DNA of 31,254 bases from Eledone cirrhosa (Eukaryota), in the NCBI GenBank assembly GCA_964016885.1, contig CAXHJY010000847.1, positions 1-31,254 on the forward strand. The letters run 5' to 3'. Below are positions 16,269 to 27,368 of this stretch, piece by piece (the first letter of the stretch is position 1; every line of letters begins with the position of its first letter). The notes under the pieces were generated by a model. The model was not told the DNA's origin. It saw nothing but the letters and a program-made list of their open reading frames with translations, and ran no database searches. Position numbers and translations under genes: made by a program.

Positions 16269-16513
16269 ATCTATATTAAAACTTTTATACTCTGCAATGT
16301 ATTGAGTACCTTACTTACTGTGGTTACCTCCGACTCAACCCGGGTTAACATATATATATATATACCAATGGAATATAACCCTATATATATATACCAATGG
16401 AATATAACCTTATATATATATATATATATACACACCAATGGAATATAACCTTATATATATATATATACCAATGGAATATAACCCTATATATATATATATA
16501 CCAATGGAATATA

Positions 16514-16551
<38 letters not shown>

Positions 16552-16665
16552 AATGGAATATAACCTTATATATATATATATATATACCAATGGAATATAA
16601 CCCTATATATATATATATACCAATGGAATATAACCCTATATATATATACCAATGGAATATAACCT

Positions 16666-16696
<31 letters not shown>

Positions 16697-16802
16697 CAAT
16701 GGAATATAACCTTATATATATATATATAAGGTTATATTCCATTGGTAAGATGAGATAAACTCGAAATGGTATAAGCTTTAGAAATCTGTTTTTAGGTAGC
16801 AG

Positions 16803-17015
16803 TTCTTGATATGCTTCAGTTTTATTGGGGCATAGAAGGGGAATTCTTATATTAGATTAAGGGGTTAAATTAATTGTTAATGTTTTAGGTAATACAGTTT
16901 TATTGGAGCGTAGAAGGGGATTTTCTGATGTTAGATTAAGGGGTTAAATTAATTCTTGATATGCTTCAGGTAATACAGTTTTATTGGGTTGTAGATTAAA
17001 GGGTTAAACTAATTC
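16803..17015. repeat. Degenerate ~80 bp tandem repeat, ~3 units
   Basis: CAGTTTTATTGG recurs at ~16817, 16895, 16976, each followed by TAGATTAAGGGGTTAAA-like sequence. Confidence 0.8.
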
Positions 17016-17097
17016 TTTCTTATTATACAGTAGAGAGGACATTCTGGCAAAGAAATAAGGTTTCAGGTGTCACTTGGAAGTAGAATATCATGGCTTT

Positions 17098-17273
17098 ACT
17101 GGGTGGTGGGAAGGGTACTATTACTTAACTGGGTGGTGGGGAGGGTACTATTACTTAACTGGGTGGTGGGGAGGGTACTATTACTTAACTGGGTGGTGGG
17201 AAGGGTACTATTACTTAACTGGGTGGTGGGAAGGGTACTATTACTTAACTGGGTGGTGGAGAGGGTATTACTG
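17098..17273 (+). repeat. 30 bp G-rich minisatellite, ~6 units
   Basis: ACTGGGTGGTGGGRAGGGTACTATTACTTA repeated at exact 30 bp period. Confidence 0.97.
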
Positions 17274-17712
17274 TGATAATGGGGAGGGGAGGGTATTATG
17301 GTAAAGGAATAAGGGTCCAGGGGTTACTGGAAAGTAGGAGGGGATCATGGCTTTATTGGGTGACAATGAAAGGTGCTACTGCCTTATTGGGTGAGTGGCT
17401 GGGTACTGCTGTCTTATAAGGTGAGTGGCTGGGAATTAATGTCTTATTGGGTGGTAGGGGATGTATAAGAGGTCTAATGTGACTGGGAGGTAGAGAGGGT
17501 GTTCTGGTAAAGGTTACATGATTATTGGGTTGGGTGACAGGGGTCTAGTATTGACATTAAAATGGTACTTGACTTGTGGGGTGAGGAGGACAGTTTTGTG
17601 TGGTGAAGGGGACACTTATGAAGGTTTTAATGTGTTAGATTGAAATATGGAAATGCTGGGGTTTCATACACATACATAGACACACACTGTTTCATTAATA
17701 AACTATAGTTCT

Positions 17713-17940
17713 TTAACTCTTTAGCATTTACATTACTCTATAGTTACTGTTATATTTTCGTGGTAAAGGCTTTACTTTACATAAATACCTCACATAATAT
17801 CAAATGTATGAGATTTTGATATTATTTATTTTGAGAACAATACATTAACGTCAGTAGGAGTGGCTGATTACAGCAGGTTTGAACAGAAAAGTTGAGAGAA
17901 TTCTGGCCGGATATGTCTGGTTTAAATGCTAAAGGGTTAA
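17713..17940. mobile_element. MITE with TTAA ends and ~14 bp TIRs (piggyBac-like)
   Basis: TTAA-CTCTTTAGCATTTA ... TAAATGCTAAAGGG-TTAA; second copy at 25860-26148. Confidence 0.78.
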
Positions 17941-18287
17941 TAGATCCGGGTAATTTAACGATAGCGAATATAGTTGAAGATAAGAAAGTCATCCAATTAT
18001 AGAAAAACGAATCCTAAAATGGAACATATGAGTAAGACATAAATACTTGACCTGTCTAATCTCGCAATCTTACAACCTGTTTAACTTATACAAACATGAA
18101 AAATAGACAATAAATGGTGATGATGATGATGATGATCTCAGAGAAATATATTTTCATGTTTTCCACAAAAGAAACAAATTATTCAGATGACAAACTTTGA
18201 TTTCTCTAAGGTCAGTGGAATGAATAAGTTAAGAAACTAGAATATATTAGAGGTAATAAATAATAATAATAATAATAATAATAATAA

Positions 18288-18371
18288 TTGTTTCTACTTT
18301 TGGCACAAGGCCAGCAATTATTCCAGTGTATTACTGGTACTTTATTGTATCGACCCCGTAAGGATGAAAGG
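18288..18371 (-). mobile_element. 3' half of tRNA-derived SINE with (TTA)n tail
   Basis: Reverse complement of the body and tail of copies at 25301 and 27369. Confidence 0.8.
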
Positions 18372-18684
18372 ATAATAATAATAATGAAACTATTGTGTAC
18401 AGTGCTCAGGTGCACTACAACTCATCAGGCACTGAAAGTGAAGTTTTAATATCAAAAGATATATAAAACTGCTTAAAATCATAGAAAAAAAAAATGTATG
18501 AAAGAAAATATCTTTGTTACTCATCTTGATGTAGAGCTGGACTCTAGTTTTTATTGACACCCAGGAAAAGGGGAATTTTGGCGCCATTGCAAGTAAAAGT
18601 AGGAATTTCAGCAGTTTATACTTCCTAGCCATTGGAGTTCCCTTTCTTAAGAAGTGATCAGATGGTCCATTCAGCTGAGTTAAC

Positions 18685-18775
18685 TGTTGCTCAAGGACTC
18701 AACACACTGCCCAGTCTAAGAATTAAGCTTATGACCTTACAATTACTAACCCAACACTTTAACTACTATGTAACA
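18685..18775 (-). mobile_element. Degenerate tRNA-derived SINE head (second family)
   Basis: Minus strand has decayed A/B-box-like segments followed by GTGTTGAGTCCTTGAGCAA; recognised by resemblance only. Confidence 0.4.
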
Positions 18776-18924
18776 CACACATTCATGTATATTTTTTTAT
18801 CAGAAATGTGTATTGGTAGAAATCATTTTTCAGTTCAATAGAGCCAATCATTAAACTGATGGTAGTACAATTGTATGATTTGAATATTGAAGTATAACTA
18901 TGCAATATATATATATATATATAT

Positions 18925-19344
18925 GTGATGGCTGGAAACTGTGCTAAGAGTGTTGCAATCGCTTGTCAGATTCAGATGTGTGATGCTCAAATATGGCTTT
19001 TCAAGCCTGCTAGAGACTTGCACTCCTTCGCATATTGACGACAACTATGGGTTTCCCTTACATCAGGTTATCTGTGAACCTTCACAATACTGTAGAGATC
19101 ATAGTTCACTGGTTCTCTCTGAACATGGTTGTGACTCTGGCTCCTGGGACCAGATTTGCTCAAGCAAATCTTTCCACACTCAGGACACACCAATTCAATG
19201 GAGACACCAATCATTTCGAGAGATACACCAGGGCATTGCTTATGCACAACCCATTTGATTTATGGACCCCATTATTCACCATTCTACACCAAGTTTCTCT
19301 TTCAAGAGCTTCTATCACCCAGTCAGCCACCATCAAACCAGTTT
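18925..19344 (-). pseudogene. 3' fragment of a second RTE-clade LINE with two C-terminal C2H2-like fingers
   Basis: Minus strand translates DWVIEALERETWCRMVNNG / LVCPECGKICLSKSGPRSQSHNH ... HSCRQYAKECKSLAGLKSHI*ASH, with stops and a frameshift; (TA)n both sides. Confidence 0.72.
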
Positions 19345-19965
19345 ATATATATATATATATAGATATAGATTTAACTATGCATATGTGTATATGTCCATCT
19401 GTATGTATGTATATAGGCATATATATCTGTATGTATGTATGTATATGTGTATATGTATATGCACATGTATGTGTTTGTGTGTGTATATATGTATGTGTAT
19501 CCTTATAGACCTAGATCAACAGTCCTTAAAACCACCATGACCCTATTTTCCCATACATTTCAATGGGATTCCCATTTAATATCTGATATTTTGTTTTTGG
19601 TAATATGCTGTTATGCCTGTTTTTATTGTATATTCATAAACATTTTACATTTTGTCTTTGTGACCTTTCAGAAATATAATGCGACCTCTTCCCCATAGAT
19701 TTTGGAAGCATTGTTCTGAAACTCTCAAGGTATAAACGAATGAATGATATTTTTTTTTTGCCTCTTCTTCATTGAAAGAAGAACAAATTTTAAAAATTTA
19801 ACTATGCAACAGCAACAGACATTTTAAGGCCATATTTTTCCTTTGATTAAGCAGGGGCTTGTTAATCAGGCTATCCTCTTAGAAGCAATATTCTTTAGCT
19901 AAGTGCCCTTCTTGTTGTTAACCTTTTTAGTTGTTTTACACCAGGGATTCGGTATACTCATTGGT

Positions 19966-20500
19966 CATCATCATCATCGTTTAACATCTATCTTCCACGC
20001 TAGCATGGGTTAGACGAGAATTGTCCCAATTTGAGGCAAGGTTGGTTGGGTGACCGTGTCTCGCTCGTATAGGACTATTAAAATCCAAACAGACATCATA
20101 TTTTTACACAGTTGTCGTACAATTGTCCTTTTGTATGTAGGGAGAAACCTTTTGTGGTTAACTATGGGAGTAGCTCTCTTTTGCCATCCTATCCATTATT
20201 CTAGTTATTATGCTCTCAGAGCACTCTTCCATTGCTAATTACTACTGTCTGGATAGCAGAAGCTATCAACTACTTCTATGGGTCCTTCCTGTCACTGGAA
20301 TAGGTTTACATCACTGGCTCTCTTCCCTTTGGTTACCCCTGTGTATCTTCCACATACAAAGTTTTCCCTTCCTGTTATCCCACTACATCTCTTGTGTACC
20401 CAAGATTTACATTGTGTGCATCGAATGGAATCTGTGCATATTCCTTATCTGTATATTGAGCAGGGTCCTATCTTCTCTCCTACTCACTAGCACCTTAGTA
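19966..20500 (-). pseudogene. Older degenerate copy of the PHD-containing RTE LINE plus RTE-type tail
   Basis: TKVLVSRRED..PCSI..SIRCTQCKSWVHKRCSGITGRENFVCGR..VVDSFCY..TKGFSLHTKGQLYD; tail AACCCATGCTAGCGTGGAAG..TTAAACGATGATG. Confidence 0.85.
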
Positions 20501-20756
20501 TATCTGAAAGGGATAGGGGCTGTGCAATTGCTTGATGGCAGTCGAAGAGTTCTCGTGCATGGCTACTCTAGCCACCCCACAGCACTAACATGACTAGTGT
20601 TAACCTTGTGAGAATTATATTTGTTGTACTTTTCATGTTTTGGAGATGGTTTTTTTCTGGCAGGATGCTCTTCCTATCACCAACCACTTTACAATGTGGA
20701 CTGGGTGCATTATTCATGCCACCTCTGGCGAAGTTGTCTTACTGGTCTCGAGTCCT

Positions 20757-20960
20757 CTCCACCCTGTGTTAGTTTTTATTTGGAGTGTCTACACTCTTAG
20801 ACGGGTTGCCTTCACTATGGCTTACGGAACCCACCTCCACCCTGTGCAGTAGTTTTTAATCGGAGTTACTACCCTCCTAGATGGGTTGCCATCTCCATGG
20901 CTTGCTGAGTCCATATCTACCCCAGTCGTTTTTAATCAGTCACTTCTCTCCTAAATGGGC
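20757..20960 (-). repeat. ~78 bp tandem repeat x3, probably RTE 5'-UTR-type repeats
   Basis: CCACCCTGTG..GTTTTTA..GGAGT..CTAGATGGGTTGCC units; lies 5' of the RTE fragment on the same strand. Confidence 0.55.
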
Positions 20961-21145
20961 CACCTTGATGTCATTTGGAATTTAGGGTTTTTCTCATCTT
21001 ATATGATCTGCCGTCTCACTAGCTTACAAAGCTCAGCACCTGCTTTATAATCTTAATTTTCTCAAGTCTGAATCGCTTTTGTTGATTCAGGAAGTGGGGA
21101 GGGGGGATAAATGTGATGGTGTGTAAAGCAATGTATATATATGCA

Positions 21146-21191
<46 letters not shown>

Positions 21192-21296
21192 TGTGTGTAT
21201 ATATATATATATATATGTGTGTATATATATGCATGTGTATATATGTGTGTATATATATGCATGTGTGTGTATATATATATGTATGTGTGTAAATAT

Positions 21297-21430
21297 ATAG
21301 AGTTTTCATTTCATATAAGAATGACTTTTACAGGACTAAAACTGTTTCATTTAAAATGATCAAGAAAGTGTATTGAGTACCTTATTTAACTGTGGTTATC
21401 TTCTGTTTCTCTTCAGAAACCATTCTTAAT
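21297..21430 (+). mobile_element. Family A element, decayed: inverted hammerhead arm joined to tail
   Basis: ACAGGACTAAAACTGTTTCAT matches 16170-16190; GTATTGAGTACCTTA..ACTGTGGTTA matches 16299-16326. Confidence 0.75.
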
Positions 21431-21472
<42 letters not shown>

Positions 21473-22350
21473 ATATGTAATCCATGTGCAACCATGCAGT
21501 ATTCTTCTCCCCATGTTTTTCATATATATATATATATGCTGCACATACTTGTAAATAAGTTTCATTTTTTTATTATTATTATTATATACTAAAAACAAAT
21601 TGTGCATGAAAAGTTGTATGCAGTGTCTCTACTGTACCTGGCTCTGGGCTGGAAATATTAAATAATGAAGTCAAAATATTATAAAACACAAAAGTGGTTT
21701 GATGTATCTATCATTTCAACTTATATACAGGTATATACTAGTATATATGGTATACATTCAGGTATATACTAGTATATATGGTATACATACTATGTATTTT
21801 TCTGTCGGCTATTACTTGAAAATTTGTCTTGCATAAATGTTGGTTGTGTATACCTGATACCTGAGGAGGAAAGTCAACAAGTAAAAAAAAAAAATAAAAA
21901 AAAATATAAAAAAAAGTTTAACAAAACAAAACAAAAAATAATAATTTAAAATACAATGTTATATTTTTTTACACAATCTATATACTTTTTACTGAGCTGG
22001 AAAGCGCACTGAATATGTTGGTGTGTGTATGTGTATGTCAATAGTACTTGAAAATTTATATGTATTGGTATATCTACATATTTGTCCTGTCTTATTAAAA
22101 ATATCTATCATAAAATTATGTATTCTTATATTAAAAGTTTCTTCTTCAAAATTTACTGCATACGTTCTTGTATTAAATGGTTTCTTTTATTTGTATTCAA
22201 TGAGAACCACATATATATATATATATCACATACATATATATATATATATGTATATATAAAACGTGTGTATATATATATATATAGAGAAAACGTGTGTGTG
22301 TTTATATATATAGATATATATTTATATATATATATATATATAAAAAAAAA

Positions 22351-22393
<43 letters not shown>

Positions 22394-22421
22394 AACGTTT
22401 GTGTGTTTATATATATATATA

Positions 22422-22451
22422 TTACACCTTTCTGTAACTATCATTGTTGTG

Positions 22452-22489
<38 letters not shown>

Positions 22490-22570
22490 CACCTTTCTGT
22501 AACTATCATTGTTGTGTTATATATATATATATATATATATTACACCTTTCTGTAACTATCATTGTTGTGT

Positions 22571-22601
<31 letters not shown>

Positions 22602-22632
22602 CACCTTTCTGTAACTATCATTGTTGTGTTAT
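22422..22632. repeat. Minisatellite TTACACCTTTCTGTAACTATCATTGTTGTGT-(TA)n x4 (preceded by AAAACGTGTGT-(TA)n x4 at ~22258-22410)
   Basis: Directly visible identical units. Confidence 0.95.
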
Positions 22633-22694
22633 ATGAATGGCTGGTGCCTTCAGTCAGTTATCATATATATCATACATAGATATCTATCTAGGGC

Positions 22695-22824
22695 GAGTAA
22701 AGAGACCAATGTCTGGCCTTAGGGCATCAACATATGTCAACCTCGGTCTCCCTCTTCTAGTGTGTCCATGTAGGAGCTCCCACAGGAGCACTGAGTGCAG
22801 TGTCAACTCTGGATGTTGGTGAGC
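22695..22824 (-). pseudogene. Fragment of a third RTE-clade LINE (C-terminal RGRP region)
   Basis: Minus strand translates AHQHPELTLHSVLLWELLHGHTRRGRPRLTYVDALRPDIGL. Confidence 0.7.
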
Positions 22825-23319
22825 ATATATATATATATATATATATCACATATATATATCATATATCACATATATATATCATATATATATATATACTGGG
22901 TTATAAGTGCCACATTTTTCACACAGAAAATACATGAAAACCAGCCTGTGACTTATCTACTGGATCTACAAAAACTGTGGCTCAAGTACTAAGTCAAGAA
23001 TGTTGTATGTGAAATAGTGGTTCAACTCATCTGTTGGTGCAACTTAAAATTATAAAAAGGTTTGTTACAAAACAAAACAAAACAAAATGGTCTGGTGACC
23101 ATAAATTAACAATTAAATTGCTTTAAAGTAATGTAATTTGAGGCTGTTTGCAATCCTGAAGCTGTTTTACAATTGCTATTCAGACATTTAAAAAATACAT
23201 TTTGTCTTCCAAACTAAATCTTTTCTTCTTTAACAATTAAACTATTTCAATTTCAAATCTTTTCATGACACAATGAGGCCCACTTTGTTCTTCACATTCC
23301 ACGCACATCTTATCTTCTG

Positions 23320-23352
<33 letters not shown>

Positions 23353-23566
23353 CCACACATATCTTATACCCTCTCTCTCTCTCTCTCTCGTCTATCTTCC
23401 TCAATATCTTTATATAAGACCAGCACTTTCCCTTCCTTAATGTCTTTGTATATAGACTGCATTTCCCTACACTGATGTCTCAATGTATTATACTCCCACC
23501 TCCCTCCTTGCTGTCTTCATATATAAGACCCCTCTTCCCCATCCAGATATCTTTATATAGACATAT

Positions 23567-23705
23567 ATATGAAGAGAGTCAGGACCCCCGACGGCTGAGC
23601 TTCGGCCATTTCGACAGCTAGATCTGAACCGGATCTAGCTCTTTTCATATTACCCACTCAGGTGTGTTATGGTCCACCTGGTATCTTACCACACCATCGT
23701 TGTTA
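23567..23705 (+). mobile_element. Family B variant: inverted hammerhead 3' half + internally deleted tail
   Basis: Minus strand AGCTAGATC..GATCTAGCT GTC GAAA TGGC..GCCG TC GGGGGTC; tail GGTGTGTTATGGTCCACCTGGT. Confidence 0.72.
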
Positions 23706-23718
23706 TATATATATATAT

Positions 23719-23901
23719 ATAGGAACGAGTAGGACCCCGACGACTGAGCTCAAGCCGTTTTGACGGCTAATTCTGGACGTCGAAACGGCTTGAGCTCAGC
23801 CGTCGGGGTCCTACTCGTTCCTATTACCCACTCTACTACCCTAAGTATTGGGTACTCTGGTGTGTTATGGTCCACCTGGTTCCTTACCACATTTCCTCCG
23901 T

Positions 23902-23903
<2 letters not shown>
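23719..23903 (+). mobile_element. Family B fold-back element with hammerhead 3' half
   Basis: Arms ~23719-23764/23779-23824; GAAA CGGCT tgagctc AGCCG TC GGGGTC. Confidence 0.82.
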
Positions 23904-23932
<29 letters not shown>

Positions 23933-24391
23933 GACCCCAACTCCTTATCTTGATGTATAAGAACCCACCTTTGTACCCTGATCTCTCTATATAAGATCTT
24001 CCCCACCATTTGCTACTTTGATGTCACTGAAGAAAGAAAATGTCTCCATTTTGCATCAGTTGATCTGTTTTGGACTCAGTTTTTGTCTCAATAATTGTCG
24101 ACGAGTTGTAACATTCTTTGATTACTTCTTACAAACTATTTTCTGAGAACTATTTACCATCATTAAGTGCCTGTGAGAGATACTTAATGAAAGGAAAAGA
24201 AGCTTTAAAGAGTGAATTAATGTGAACCCTTTTGTTGGAGAAAATATTAAAGGGAATCCGCCACCGCCACCTGTTGAATATAATCAGCTCAAGTTATTTG
24301 ATTCACTGAAAAAATCCCACCATTATTTGGTTTAGTTAATTCCAAGATGGACTATCACAAGTTACAATTCTCTCTCTCTCTATATATATAT

Positions 24392-24585
24392 ATAGGAAAA
24401 AGTATGACCCCGATGGCAGAGCTCAAGCCGTTTCGACGGCTATTTCTAGTCCAGAAATAGCCGTCGAAACGGCTTGAGCTCTGCCGTCGGGGTCATACTT
24501 TTTCCTATTTCCCACTCTACTACCCTAAGTATTGAGTACCCTGGTGCGTTATGGTCCATCTGGTTCCTTACCACATTTCCTTCGT

Positions 24586-24587
<2 letters not shown>
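24392..24587 (+). mobile_element. Family B fold-back element with hammerhead 3' half
   Basis: 56 bp arms 24392-24447/24453-24508 (1 mismatch); GAAA 24466-24469, GUC 24486-24488; tail to (TA)n. Confidence 0.83.
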
Positions 24588-24613
<26 letters not shown>

Positions 24614-24619
<6 letters not shown>

Positions 24620-24807
24620 ATTAGAAAGTAAACAACACAAAATATAACTACTCCATTACCAAAGGTTTCTGGGTCCCAGACAATATTAATAAACCTTTGG
24701 TAATGGAGTAGTTATATCTTGTGTTGTTCACTTTCTAATTAAATAGCTCTGTTCTACACATAGAGCACTCTTTTTTCCTTTGCCTTTTCTTAGGAATTAC
24801 CTAAAAC
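24614..24807 (+). mobile_element. Family F fold-back element + tail
   Basis: 55 bp arms 24614-24668/24691-24745 (2 mismatches); inverted arm reads CCCA GAAA CC-ttt-GG TA (helix III + GUA). Confidence 0.7.
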
Positions 24808-24831
24808 ACACACATATATATATATATATAA

Positions 24832-24928
24832 TAGTTATATTTGGGGAGGGTCATACTGTTATAATATTGCCAGAAATAATAATAGAACACACTCACTTGG
24901 TTTGAATTGGTTTTGCTTCTGTATCTTT
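24832..24928 (-). mobile_element. Family E-related fragment
   Basis: Diverged reverse complement of 28362-28460 (..CTGGCAATATTA..TATGACCCTCCCCAA.TATAAC). Confidence 0.65.
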
Positions 24929-24943
24929 TATATATATATATAT

Positions 24944-25155
24944 ATTAGCACCGTTTTATGTCCATTCTTCCACGTCAGCATGGGTTAGACTGGTTGTCCT
25001 GTTGTGGGTAATGCCAGGTCAGGTGACCATGTCTTGCTCAGCCAAAATCAGTTCTGTATGAACAAGACATGGTCACCTGACCTGGCATTGCCCACAACAG
25101 GACAACCTGTCTAACCCATGCTAGCGTGGAAGAATGGGCATGAAACAATGATGAT
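24944..25155. mobile_element. Fold-back pair of RTE-type 3' tails (arms 24944-25040/25059-25155)
   Basis: Both arms end outward in CTAACCCATGCT..CGTGGAAGAATGG..ATGAT, homologous to the tail at 19966-20013. Confidence 0.78.
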
Positions 25156-25300
25156 ATATATATTCCAAGTAAAAACCGTTGATCAAACAATTGACTGACC
25201 GTAGTGTAAACAAACATAAGCACTCCACGACATGGGTACAATTTAATCCACTTATCCTCCCCCCCAAAAAATTATTTGTCTTGTGCCTAAATCAGAAACC

Positions 25301-25742
25301 AAGCATAGAGTTACGGCTCTTTACGGTCTGAGTTCAAATCCTGCCGAGGTTAACTTTGCTTTTCATCCTTACGGGGTTGATAAAATAAAGTACCAGTAAT
25401 GCACTGGGGTGATTGCTGGCCTTGTGCCAAAAGTAGAAACAATTATCCGGGCAGTGGATTGGCAGCAGAATTAGTAGTGTGTCGAACATGCTTTGTAACA
25501 TATAGTTACGTCCCTTTACCTTCTGATTCAAATCCCACTGAGGTTAGCTTTGCTTTTCATCCTTACAGGGATCGATAAAATAAACTACCAGTAATGCACT
25601 GGGGTCAATTTGATAATGGCAGAATTGGTAGAGCATCGGACAAACTACTTAGCAGTATTTCTTCTGGCCTCTTACATCCTGAGTTCAAATCCTGCTAAGG
25701 TCAAGCTTTTTATCCTTCTGTTGGAGTCAATAAGTTAAAGTA
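25301..25742 (+). mobile_element. Cluster of three head-to-tail tRNA-derived SINEs (~25301-25443, 25450-25610, 25616-25742)
   Basis: A-box-like TGGCAGAATTGG, B box GAGTTCAAATCC, shared body CTTTTCATCCTT..GATAAAATAAAGTACCAG. Confidence 0.85.
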
Positions 25743-25859
25743 TCCGTTTTCTCCATGTTGTGGCTGTGTGTCCATCTTAGACATTATTATTGAATTGTTT
25801 TAGTTATTTATTCTTATGCTGCTTTTAAATCTGAAATATTTTAACTTCAGAAACGTCTC

Positions 25860-26148
25860 TAACCCTTTAGCATTTACATTACTCTATATATACTATTGTA
25901 TTTTCACAGTAAAGGCTTTATCTCACATAGCATTTACATTATTCTATATATACTATTGTATTTTCACAGTAAAGGCTTTACCTCACTTAATTATTTCACA
26001 TAATATTGAATCTATGAGATTTTGATATTATATATTTTGAGAAAAATACCTTAACGTGAGTATGAGGGGCTGGTTACAGCCAGTTTGATCAGAAACAGGT
26101 CAGAGAATTCTGGCCTGTTCTGGCCGGGTTTGAATGCTAAAGGACTAA
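25860..26148. mobile_element. Second copy of TTAA MITE with internal 60 bp tandem duplication
   Basis: TAACCCTTTAGCATTTA...GAATGCTAAAGG; body homologous to 17713-17940; 25868-25927 repeated at 25928-25987. Confidence 0.75.
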
Positions 26149-26858
26149 AGTAGTTATTTAATTTTAATCTCCTATGAAGTAAATTTTGGCAAACATGTTT
26201 CAGTTCATTTTCTTTCAAATTAATGTCATTTTTTAATAAAATATTTCCAATAATTTACAACCAATTTTTAGTTTAGTTTAGTTTACTATTTTATATTAAT
26301 TATTTTAAAATACATTGCAAGACTATCACAAGTTTTTAAAAAAATAAATACATTATATCAGAGATTCAAACACTAAAAACTAAACATAATTTTATAAAAT
26401 TTCCAAATCTATTCTGAATCTTTTTGAAGTGTAATTTAAAACTTTTGCTAAATTCCTTTACTAGAATTCATTGCATATTTTAATACATTTTTTTTTTTGT
26501 ATATATAAAATTACATTTTGCAACAAAAATAAATTTGCTTTTGGCTTTATATAAAGTATTACAAAATATATAATTTCTTAAAGCCACAGTACTGCTTCAC
26601 AGTTAAGCTGAAGTTATATATAACTTTGTTTATTCCTGGTTATTGTTGTTATTGTTGTCTTTACCTACTGTTTACAGCTCCTTCATGCTGTAACAAGGAA
26701 TTTATTTCATGTACCATTGAGTGTTATTCAAACTTTTCCAGTTAAATTGACTCATGTTGCTTTCTGCAGGTATAACATTGGTAGATTCCTGGTATATAAA
26801 TCTACAGTCAGGTTGGATTCTGATTGTGTGTGTGTATATATATATATATTGTGTGTGT

Positions 26859-27043
26859 TTCTACAGGACTAGAACTGTTTCATTCAAAGGAAATCATCAG
26901 GAAAAGAAACGGCTTTCCTGATGATTTCCTTCGAATGAAACAGTTCTAGTCCTGTAGAAGCCATTTCTATATTAAATATTTATACTCTACTATGTATTGA
27001 GTACCTTACTTACTGTGGTAACCCTCGATTGAACCCAGGGCAC
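26859..27043 (+). mobile_element. Family A fold-back element
   Basis: Arms 26859-26904/26914-26959; tail homologous to 16276-16350. Confidence 0.85.
26905..26969 (+). ncRNA. Type I hammerhead ribozyme, family A (GUA site after 26956)
   Basis: AGAAAcGGCtTTC CTGATGA tTTC-cttc-GAAt GAAA CAG-ttctagtc-CTG TA GAAGCCaTTTCT; helix I differs from the 16216 copy but still pairs. Confidence 0.8.
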
Positions 27044-27368
27044 ACATACATATATATACAGCATGGCCTCAGCCGGATGGCTGAAACAGGTAAAAGAGTA
27101 AAAGAGTATACATCATATTTCCCGGTGCCAAAGATGCACACTCGAGGACACACTCTAATTTTGACAACCAAAATATTAAAAACAAAAAATAAACAAGCTT
27201 TGGCCTCCAGGACGCATGGTAGATTTTTGAGACTTATTTTACGACGCCGGGAAATACGTTATGTATATATATATATATACACACACATATATACATATAT
27301 ATAAATCTTGTTTACACTTTAATATATTTCTAAAAAGGTCACAAGCTGGCTGTCTCTTGTTACCATAA

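Larger units (their letters stand above)
16155..16350 (+). mobile_element. Family A PLE-like fold-back element: perfect ~60 bp arms centred on 16215 + 75 nt tail
   Basis: Perfect palindrome 16155-16275 with 1-nt centre; homologues at 21297 and 26859. Confidence 0.85.
16100..16746. repeat. Minisatellite ACCAATGGAATATAACCY-(TA)n, ~12 direct units + 1 terminal inverted unit, interrupted by a family A element
   Basis: Directly visible. Confidence 0.95.

Noticed and set aside
16100-16746. CRISPR-like repeat/spacer pattern (also 22422-22632)
   Set aside because: Spacers are only variable (TA)n; no cas genes; eukaryotic context
17067-17304. Repetitive proteins (NWVVGRVLLL / GWWGGYYYLT)
   Set aside because: Frames of a 30 bp minisatellite with no coding evidence
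18941-19698. Overlapping plus-strand ORFs up to 157 aa
   Set aside because: Antisense to an RTE fragment and running into (TATG)n/(TG)n repeats
20050-20852. Plus-strand ORFs of 60-127 aa
   Set aside because: Antisense to the degenerate RTE and adjacent repeats
21728-21788. 31 bp tandem duplication containing palindrome TATATACTAGTATATA
   Set aside because: Short AT-rich local duplication, unremarkable in this context
25450-25545. tRNA genes at A/B-box sequences (also 27369)
   Set aside because: No cloverleaf; followed by shared SINE body and tail
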